From Takakia lepidozioides (Eukaryota > Plantae > Bryophyta), in contig CM060732.1 in the NCBI GenBank assembly GCA_030704615.1, positions 12,648,001-12,712,000 on the forward strand: a stretch of 64,000 nucleotides of DNA. Reading direction: 5' to 3'. Position numbers and translations under genes: made by a program. The stretch's first letter is position 1. Every line of letters starts with the position of its first letter. The notes under the pieces are model-generated. The model did no database searches, was not told the origin of the DNA, and saw only the letters and a program-made list of their open reading frames with translations. Below, in pieces: positions 53,817 to 64,000 of this stretch.

Positions 53817-56758
53817 CCTCATGGGATGGTGACTGGAGGCACTGCAGTTCACGCTGGTGATCTGAGGGCAGGAAGAGGGTTGATGGCACAAACTTGGGGG
53901 AATGAAAGAGTCTTTGCGAAATTGAAAAAGCCATAAAGGGGATAATCTGACAGGTTTAGAAAGTGGAGCTGAGGTGAGTAGGCTCACAGTAATGAATGTC
54001 AATTTCTGGTAGGTTTCTTTTCTGTATTACCAAGTCAGTGCATCTTGAAGCTAAGGCCCCACTGTAGATTAGCCTAGGAGATATGCACATCACAGGTAGG
54101 ATTTTTGTAGGCACATTGTTGGTTATCTAGGGTTGGGGTTCATATCTGTCCATATCATGTTTTCTTTTCTTGTGTCAGGATTTGCTGAGGTAGGGAAGAG
54201 CATTTGTTGGTTAGGTCCGGGTCAATGTATCCTCTGTTAAAAAGCTAGTCCTAGATATGTCATCACTTGTATTCTAGTCCCAAATACGTCAGACAGTTTG
54301 GGTAGCATCTTCCCGGCGGCCCCTTTGCTGTTGAGGGACTGGTCAATTCAAACCTCTGTGGTGGGTGAACTTACTGAATTGGACACTTGTACTACATTTG
54401 GTTTCATTTTGCACTTTCACTGTGCTGGATTTGGACCTACTCCAAGTCAATGCTGTGGAGGGGTTACATCTGTACATAGCTGGCTTGTCTTTTTGTTTCC
54501 TACATTACAGAAACATATCCGAAGGAAATTGTGGAAGGTAGCTCAGACAAGCTTGAGTGTGTCTAGTCAGCTATGTACAGGCTTAGACTGTCTATTATTT
54601 ACATAAACAGATAATTAGCCCAGTGTAGGGACGTAATTATGGATTTGCTGCAGGTAGGCCCCGGATGATTTCATCTCAGATCAATCTAGCTATCAGAACA
54701 TGTTTAATTTTAGTGGCTGCAAGTATGGATCTGAGTGACTCATCATCAAGCATGTTGTAATCCATTTCATTGGATAGGAAGTGGTCTATGTGCTGTTTAT
54801 GCCTGAGTTTGCTCTTCATGTGGCTTCAACTGAGCATGTGGTGAGTTCAGTGAATGTGCTGTCACATCACAGAAGAGGCAATTGGATTTCCTCATTTCCA
54901 TGTCATTGAAAGCATCTGCCGAGTCTGAAGAGTCTTGTGCTTTCATGCACTTGGGAGTCTGCTTAAACAACCTCCCATGGACCAGTTTGGTGCTTTTGAC
55001 TTGATTTGGACTGCAATTTTTTGAGATACTGTTGTACCATATTCATGCTGTCCATGTAGGGTATCCATTTCTCTATAATTGTTGCAGCTTGGGTGCCTTG
55101 ATCTGGTACAAGGAAACAAAAGATGAAGCTTGCCAACTCGTTGTTTCAGATGATTGAAGCTTCACGCACCGTCACCTGTTTCAGATGTATTTATCCCTTG
55201 CCAAGCTAATATCATGGAAGGATTTGTTGATGGTTTTTGTTTTCTTTTGTTGCTATGAATTTTGTTCTGGAAAGCCTTTAGAAAGGGACATTTGGGTGAG
55301 GGAAGTAGCACTCCTAATTGCACTTGAATAATGTTCGCCCACTGAAGTAGTTTAAGCAAATCCGCCACATTTACTATGCTGACAAGTGGAGGTGGCTATT
55401 TGTGCATGACACCAAAATTACAGAAGGGTGGAGCTATTCTGGGCAATGAAAAGCTTATATAAGGCTTAAGGAAGTCCAATGATAGGTTATCTCAACCCAA
55501 AATCGTGCATTCCTCTATGAGGGTTCCTATTTATGGCCAACTTTGCCCAAGTGTGCCCAAGTGTTTCTTAATAAATTTTTAAGAGAAAGGGTGTGGGGGC
55601 TCTTGGCAACTATCGTAACTGATTGTTGGGTTGAGAATTTCAGCATGAAACCAAATAGGGAAGAAGGCCTTGGTGTGTGAAGACGAGTGTGTAACTGTAT
55701 GTGCTTGGTTGGAGTGGTTGTAGATCACAATCGTGGAGAGACGGAGAGGTCTAGTGATTTAAGTATGGACTTTCATTCCGCGATGCTGGACTTCTAATCA
55801 GTTTCAATTGGAGGTACTGCACTATTGGTGGGCTACTTGCTTGGACGGTCAAGTCGAAGTCGAACTGTTCTGCCGCAAGTGCCCTTCCTGCAGTTTTGAA
55901 CGACCTTCAAGATCATGAGACTAGTAAAAGGAAAACACATTCTTTGGATTCTGGAAGAAGCAAACGAATCAAACTCCTACCGTATAACAATGACAAGCGC
56001 GAGGATCTTGATGATTGTGAAAAAACTGAAAGTGGAGTTGGGGAAGAAGGAAGAGGAGGGAGAGGAACCGTGTTTAGAGAGGGGACAACCAGAAATGATG
56101 GAGGGTCCAAAACAAAGAAGGGATACCGACGCGTCCCAGAAATGAAGGTAGAACTCGACTGCAAAATTGTACTACCTTTATGGATACGGAACGGAGGTGA
56201 CGGTGTCATCATCGCAATTTTTGCAGAAGTCTTTAGTGTTGTAATTTGTGGGTGTGCGAGAGAGAGAGAGAAGAAAGTAGTTAGCAAACTAACTAACTCG
56301 GGTCAGAAATCTCATTTGCATGCAAGAAGAAATATGAAGAAAGGTGAAAGCATGCAAGACGAAAAAGAGAAGAAAAGCAATCAGGTGTCTTTAAACTGTA
56401 GTATAACAGGGCATATAACAGGTAAGTTTTTCAAATATATATCTACAGTCAGAATTTGTACCGTACTAAGAAATTGGAACGTTCTTCAGTGTCAGAAAAT
56501 GGCTTCTCTTTCCTTGTAAGACCATGACATATACTTGGCCACTGATTACCTACCTTAGATGTGGACGTAAGGCTAGTCGGGACGTGGGTTCAAATTGTGA
56601 CTGTCATAGGCAATTCAAAGACATAATCTGTAATCGACGCTTTTGTTTGTTTTCTTCAGTCATTGTTGTCAGCGACGATGCTGTGAATGCTTTTAGGCCT
56701 CAGCGCTTTCCTTGTCCAAACTACCGACGTTTCCATGAATAGAAGGAGAGATCAAGAG

Positions 56759-56952
56759 TGAGAGAGAAGCCAGAACGCCACCCCAAGGAGGCGTACCATT
56801 TTGGCACGTAGGAAAAACTGGTGAGGAAAGTGTTGGAGTATGAGGAAAAACCCGACAAGAAGATATGAGGGAGATATACAAACAAAAACCAGCCAACATT
56901 CACGTGCCAAAATGGTACGCCTCCTTGGGGTGGCGTTCTGGCTTCTCTCTCA
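56759..56952. repeat. Perfect 51-bp inverted repeat (hairpin) with a 92-nt loop
   Basis: 56759-56809 is the exact reverse complement of 56902-56952. Confidence 0.95.
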
Positions 56953-57317
56953 AAGTGCATATTAAGTGAATGTTTTAGTGGAAGGCAACTGGAAATTGTA
57001 CTATTCAGCAAAAAAGAGCCCCCTCTCTTCCCTCATAAAATGTTACATACTTGTGACTTCTAGTAAACTGTTAACTCTGGCTGTGGCTTCGAGGGCTGGC
57101 TGGGACAGATGGGTATTACAGGTGCAATAAGTATTTTATATTGATGGACAGCAGTACTGTCATGAACTATTTCCTTGCAGAAAGTTCCATGGTTAGAAGC
57201 CTGCAGATCAGTGACCTCATTTAGTAAGGCTTTCTGGGTTGGCGTCTAAGCAGGAACCTTCAGTACTGAGGAATATTGGTTCTTTGACAATGTGGTAGAT
57301 TGTTGGGCGTGTTCAGA

Positions 57318-60300
57318 ATCAAAAGGTTGATGGTGAATCTTCAGCAAGAGGAGGAAGAACGGAAAAGAAGGATGCTGAAGAGAGTGATGATGACAAGTCC
57401 TTCAAGGAAATGGAGAAGAAGCAGCTCATATTCGAGGATAATGAAGAGGATGAAAACCTTGAGGAACAGGAGAAGGGAAAGAAACCTGCAAGGAAGGCAT
57501 CGAATGCATACTTCAAGGAGGAAAGCGATGCTTCTGTGAGTGGCATTTGCTACTTGTAAGTACTAAAATGTGCTCTTGTGGGATATCAGCAAGTTTTTGC
57601 TATCATACTATTCTCAAGCAAAAGGCAGAAAAAACAGCTGAATGTATTTTTGGGCGAATTTCATTGTGTTTCTTGTGGAGGCACACATGTTTGTAAAACT
57701 ACAGTCCTGGTCAACTGACAGCCAGGGCCTTTTTGTAGGTAGCAATTTGTGATTTTTCACAGCTAGTGTCACTGATGAATTTGACCGCCACTTCTGCGCC
57801 CAAGAGGATACAAGAGTCTCAGTAAGGTCTGTCAATGAATCTACATGATTGAGGGGAATCTCTTCATACTCCTGGGCGGTTCAAATGAACAATATGAAAA
57901 GCTGGATGTAGTGTGACCTGCATGTGTATTTATCTTGGTTTGGTTTCTTCTTCTCATCCAGGATAAAACCAAAACTAAAGAGGAAGGTGAATCAGCGAAG
58001 GCGAAGTCATCACATAAGTCTATGAGATTGACACCAGCCAAGGCATCATCCCCCAACAGCCCGCTCAAGCCATACTCAAAACCAATGGAGAATCCTTACA
58101 CCACGAGCTTGATAAAGCCACATAAGGAGAAAGGGAAAGAGAAGGACGAGATAGCAAAACCTTCAACCGCAGCATTGCCAAGGGGAAGGGAAAGAAAGTC
58201 AGGTGTGGCACCTACAAAAAAGTCAGCAGCCAAGAAAGTGGCCGGTATGGGCTGCAGGTTTTAAGGACTCCATTTTATTACATTGTCTCTGTTTGTGGAT
58301 ACAAATTGTTACTGTAGGTTAGACCCATGGTTTTTGTGAAGGTGTGGCCTTTAAGCTGACTAATCAGCTATTTCTTCATTTATATTGGGATACACGGGTT
58401 TGTTTTATGTAGGTTCTCAAACTTGCAGAGGTTTCTGTGTGCTTTGAGGCTGATGCTGGGAGGGAGAGGAAATCAGGTAGAGTGAAGGAAAGAAAATGTA
58501 TGAAGAAACAAATCCCATCCGATGAAGAAATGCAAGCTGAGATCCGTGAGCTCCTCAAGGAAGCTGACTTCCGCAAGGTGATGGTAGAGAGGTGACAGGC
58601 TATTGTAATTTTTGTATGTTTGTGTGTGCACCTGCATATTTCTTCAGGGCAGAACCTGTATATACGGATCGATTCATCTAGGAGAAGGGATTATTCGACA
58701 TTGGGCTTATCTTTTGGTGATGGTAGAGAGGTGAGAGAGGTTTCTGTTACTAATTGGGTTTATCGTTTTCACTGTGTGTATGCAGGTCACTTTTACGGAT
58801 GTTGTCAGCCAACTTGGTATGTCTTACCGAACCTATCCGTCCTAGGTTGACTCACTGGCGACTTAAGACTCTGAGACAACTGGGGTAACCAGATTTATGC
58901 ATTTCCCACAATTGCTGCAGTAGAAAGCAGCAAGATGAATTTGGGATCTTAGCTTCAGATCCCAGAGCTTCAGGTAATGGATTTCTGGGAGGTGGGACAA
59001 TCCTCATTTTCAGTTCCATAGTGTTAGCCACAATGTCTGCTCAAAAACCCGACCAAGGCTTTCTCTTTCCTGATAGCCAATATCTAGAAGTTTGTCTTGG
59101 ATGTTTCTGACGGGGACAATTTGCGTGGTGAATGTGCCTTGTCCTTATTCAGAAGTACATTTTGAAGTGGAACTCTCCAAGCAAAAGGCACATGTGAAAA
59201 AACTCATCAAGTTGGAAATCCACAAGTTTGTAGAAGAGGCTGACGATGAAGCAGAAGCAGAACCTGAGAATGATTCAGGACCCAAGGAATCAATAGAGCA
59301 ACAGGTGAAAGGTGACGCGCTACAGGGACTCTCTATAGAATTTGATTCAGTAGTGAATGGAGAAGGTGTTCAATGACCCATAGGAACGGCATGGCCTGTA
59401 AGTAAATTTATCAGTTAGCCAGTCTTTGCACTCTTGAATCAGGATGTGCGATATTTGAATTGCTCTTTTTCAGAGTTGGGTACAGTGCCATCTGTCCTTA
59501 AAGGTCCTTGGACTTGAGCTTTCCATGTTTTTGGTGGCAGAGGTACAGAAGGAAAGGAAATTAGATGCAGTGAAGGATAGACATCCTGGGGGGAATAAGA
59601 CTCCGTCCGATGAAGAAATGCTAGCTGAGGTCCGGAAGCTTCTCAAGGAGGCTGACTTCAGCAAGGTTAGTTGGATTCTAGAGGGGCGACTGTACCAAAT
59701 TGTATGTGTGTGCATGACCTGTGGAGTGTTTCATCAAAACAAGACTATCTATCTAGGATTATTTCCGGGTCTTTAAATCTTTGGATACCTCTCGAATGGA
59801 GTTCAGAGTTTACCAGGCTCTGACATATATATTCCGCATGAGGAGTTGCCCTTCACTCTTCTGGTGGTTTCATCCAGCATACTGAAGGTAGACTGAAGGG
59901 TGACGTCCTTGCATGAAGCTCCAAGTAGAAGACCAGCTTTTGTGATGGCTTAGAAGAGGAAACAACTTGATTGGTTTATCTAAGGTGAGGTTTATGTGAC
60001 TTGCTGCTTCATGTTGTGTATTCAGGTCACTTTTGATGATGTTCGCCGCCAACTCGGTATGTCTTAAACAGTGAACCAATCCATCATGGGGATTTTCACT
60101 GGCTTGTGAAATAACTGTTAGCTAGGATTATGCATTTCCCACAGGTCCTGCACTAGAAAGCAACAGATGAATGCTGGAGAGCATCTCATGTGACAGTCTT
60201 TCCTGCTACTGGATAGAAGAAGCCAATATTGTGGCAATTTCTGACAATTTGTTTTGTGTGGTTGACTGTGGCTCCTCTATCAGAGGTAAACTTTGAAGTG

Positions 60301-60417
60301 GACCTCTCTAAGCAAAAGTTGCATATTGCAAACCTCATTACGTTTCAAATCAGCAAGGTTGCAGATGGGGCTGAACCACAACTGGAACTCGAACAGAAAC
60401 CAGAGAAGGCAGATTGA
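57318..60417 (+). CDS. Partial tandem duplicate of the DEK gene (3' exons) with two DEK-C modules; gene or pseudogene, start not identified
   Basis: Exons near 57318-57536, 57962-58245, 58428-58577, 58786-58816, 59152-59364, 59541-59666, 60026-60056 and 60283-60417 are paralogous to DEK exons at 51461-53816. SDEEMxAExRxLLKEADFxK occurs twice. Intron sequences are also homologous. Confidence 0.75.
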
Positions 60418-61599
60418 ATAGAGCAACAAGTGAAGAGGGCAAAGGCGATTGGCCTGGCACAAATTTCAGAGCAAAGAAGTATCATTTTGAGCTTAGCATA
60501 ATCCAACCACAGGTTCAGAAGCGTGTGGCTGAACTGTTTATGTGGAAAGTCCTATCACTGGAACATGCACTTGGATTTCCAAATTTCCAGGTCAATGAGA
60601 GTGAGTCCAAGTCAGATCATGGTATTAGGGCAGGCCACTCACAGTTAGACAACCCAATAATTAGTGCACTTTTAACTGAAACCTAAGAGCCTGAATGAAA
60701 ATCTAGCCCCATTTGTAATTAGTGCAAACAAGTTAAACTAACTAATTGAGAGAATAGCCCCATTAGATTTACATTAAAAATCAAGTTAGGTGGCCCTTAT
60801 TCAATGTAGAGATGTTCTTCTTTCTGCATTTCAGTTTTTTCCCACTGTTCATGTTCTTGCGCCTCTACTGTTGTACATTACCACACATGTTAAGCAGATG
60901 TAGATGTTCTTGCCATATCTGTGGCATGTTCAGCCATATGTCCTCCCTCCGGCCTCAACTCAAAACCCTAAATGCGCTTCCTCAAGAAAGCTCTTGCCAT
61001 CCAGCGAAATCAAATCCTCCCTCGTAGACAAAGAAACCCGGTGAAGTATCCAATTGGAAAACAACAATGTACACAAAACCTGCAAACTCACTATCACTGA
61101 AGTCAAACCGACCTCTCAAGCTCTCCACATACCCGCAACGCCTCAAACATTCCTCACAATCCGACCCAGCCACATTCTCACAACACAACATCGACAAGCC
61201 CAATTCTATTCGGAAGTTCTTTGCTACGACTTCAACAAACCCAGCTCGAATTGCATGTCAACACTCTGCATCATCAGAGAAGCGAATACTCACTCACAAT
61301 TCAACCAGAGTGGGGCGAAGCCGGAAGCCTGGACTCAATCCCGAGCTATGGAGACTGCGACACCGCTCCAAAGATGATTATTCTAGCGACGACTGAAGGT
61401 CGGAAGCTAGTTTAGCGTAGAGCAGAAATAGGGTGCCATAGTGCCTCGTCGTCATCACCACGTCATCGTCGCCACTTCATCGTCAATTTCTTTGGAACCT
61501 GCCCGAAATGCCTGAAAATGTCTTTGGAGCCCAGGAAGGGATGACGATGTCCCTGCATCCTTGAGCGCGGAGGGGTTTCACGCAATGTGGTGAGGGCAC

Positions 61600-61790
61600 C
61601 TTCTTCTTCGACCTATTTCAGCCTGTTTTGCCTCTCATCAGACTCGGCCCTGAGATGCCTGTTATCAGAGTCGTCCCTATATTTAGCTCGTTAGGATCTA
61701 TGGTGGTTTTGGAGTGATTTTGACATGTTACTGCCAATGTGGCAACAGGAAAGAATCGAAAAACAGATAACAGAGACAAGGAGAAGCTCC
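61600..61790 (-). repeat. Dispersed copy of the repeat unit found inside the CACTA region
   Basis: The reverse complement matches ~16918-16976 (gcatctca..gccgagtctgatgaga..caaaacaggctgaaataggtcgaagaagaa) and ~14851-14930 (..gtcacattggca..atgtcaaa.tcactccaaa). Confidence 0.8.
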
Positions 61791-64000
61791 CAAAAAAGAA
61801 CGTTTGAATTTTGACAGTTATTTCATGGATCCGTCAGCATACACAGTGGCGATTGTGCGAAACATTGATACAGCCAAGGCGTTACCACTTATTGTTCAAT
61901 ATCTGGTCTATACCCTTATATCGTTTTATCTAATGCAAATCCTTCACCCGAATATTTTCTATAGTATTGTGTTCTATTCTTCGCTTTGGGGTTTCTAAAG
62001 GTCAGGTTGTGTGCTTAACTGACCAGGAGAGCATTTGATGGATTAGGCTATGGATTGGATTTACCAGACCTAAATATTGAGGGGAATGGACACTGAGGAC
62101 TGTTTGCACTATTTCTAGTGTTTTGGCATGATGTAATGCAGGTTGTATCAGGAGAATACATATTCTGGAACTCCCTTGGCAAATATCCACATGTTGTTCT
62201 GCTAACATTATAGGTGTTTGCGGTATATATTATGACAAAAACATCATATGAACCTTTTGGCAATGTCAACGGCAACCATTGGACCAGCATACGTTGGGTT
62301 TGATACGATTTCATTCTTCAAAGTTGGGCCTTCATGTGATCAAAAGGCGTGTTCATGACAAACCACCTGTGGGAAACCAGTTACTTCAAACAGTAATTGT
62401 CTTCAGGGTGCCATAGTGCCATAGTGCCATAGTTCCCACAACTGTCTTCAAAAGCTGTATTTTCAACATGTTTGGGTTCTAATGATGTTTCCCCAGACTG
62501 ATGCTTTTGAGTACGTGCGCAGAGGTACTGTGGATTTGCTGGCACCTTGCAAGCTGGAAATCACAACCCTTGCGGGAGCATTGTCAACTGTTGTCTTGAA
62601 GACAGCAAAGAGCTTCAGGATCAGAAGGAAGATGAGTTCAGCTTCACGAGGTAAGATCATTGTACTAATGCTTAGGTAGGTAGAAGAGCAGCTCCTTGGG
62701 ATTTCAGTAATGAAGTATTTGCTTATCCACTAAATCTTTATCTTGGCAGCTTGGTAGACTGTCGAGCGTACTTCGAGCCATCCTTGTGATTTGGTAGATT
62801 TGCAAGCATGAAAGTAATTTCTCTCTAAGCCCAATAACAACTGTGACTAGGTTACATATCGCCTGCACTTCCGGAGCAGTCTGTTTCTTTCCTCTGTCTG
62901 CTGCTTTGGAAGAAGTCATGGTTCTACTCAGAGCTTTGAATTGAAATAGAGGTCGTAAAAGTGCTGAGAAGATCGTTGGGCATGCGTGGCTGCTTTCCCT
63001 GATTCGGTCTTGTTCTTTAAGGGCTAGCGGTGAGCCTATCGAATGTCACAAGCAGAATAATAGTTATAAATATTTCCTGAACAGAAACAACAAGTCCTAC
63101 AATAAGCATACAAAGAATGGGATTTGAAACACTTCAGCATACAGATAGACCAGCGATCTTTCACGACCAGACACTTGCAAGAAGACACTAACATGAAATA
63201 CGCCAAAACTAGACATGAAACAAAAATAGAAACTGAATGTTGATAGACCTGCACTGCCTGTACACAAACACTAACTTGTTCACATAAACCCACACGATCT
63301 ATCAAAACATAAAGTAAACAAGGAAAAACGCCATCAACCTAGAAGCAAGAAATACAAAACCCTAGCTTCAAATCAAACCCTACATGAACATAAATGAAGC
63401 AAAAGCGACAGAGGTTTAATTTCGACACACGAACCTTTCTGAGCAGAAAGAAATTCTTCGGAAGCAACACTCACACAACACCTGCAAGGTTTTGATAACG
63501 AACTGGATTATGAACAAATGAAAAAAAAAACCTCCAATGCACACAACAAACTAACTATCAGCCACATGATCAAGAGAAACAGTAGAAGCACAGTAAAGAA
63601 TAACATCCACGCAGTTGATGACAAACAGCGCCAAAAGCTTCTCGAACAATGCCGCCGAAAACCCGCAGACACAAAAGCCAAAGCGCTTATACAAACTGAA
63701 TCGAGCCCGCGCACAGCAGAGAGGTGCACAGACGAAGAAAAGCAAGTACCCCTAAACCCTAAAACGAATAGAAGAGTAGAAGTCAAAAAGTTGCCTGAGG
63801 TGTAACTTATGTTATGCACTGGCTCTTGCGTCGACGAGGCGGGTAGTTGCAGGATAGGGTGTTTCACTTTTGGCAAATGATGACGTCCATGAAAGTCCAT
63901 TTTTTATTTTTCTTGGAGCATATTTTTTCAGTTTGATTCTTATAAAGATAAACAATAGTATACTTAACATCTTTAGTAAAGGGTCTAACCCCAAATATTA

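Noticed and set aside
60900-64000. Scattered short ORFs and exon-like segments (e.g. 62497-62650)
   Set aside because: No recognisable protein motif or consistent exon chain. Probably repeat-derived.

Overview
Eukaryotic genomic DNA from a land plant, probably a non-seed plant (inferred from the retrotransposon types, a Sola1-like transposase and PLS-PPR relics). The first ~30 kb is a nest of transposons. It holds a decayed non-chromoviral Ty3/gypsy element (- strand) with an unusual layout, interrupted by a young intact chromovirus (2515-9484; near-identical LTRs, GGAGG TSD). A CACTA end follows, carrying PLS-class PPR gene fragments. Next come a 5'-truncated inverted sister copy of the chromovirus, a decayed Sola1-like transposon containing a repeated 18-bp palindrome, and several MITEs. 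The right half is genic: a 4-exon class III peroxidase (+), a PfkB kinase resembling pseudouridine kinase (-, with a PTS2 signal and a probable GC-AG intron), and a DEK-domain chromatin protein gene (+). A partial DEK duplicate follows, with two DEK-C modules and a perfect 51-bp hairpin built from DEK exon remnants. All calls were made by eye from motifs and no database searches were run.
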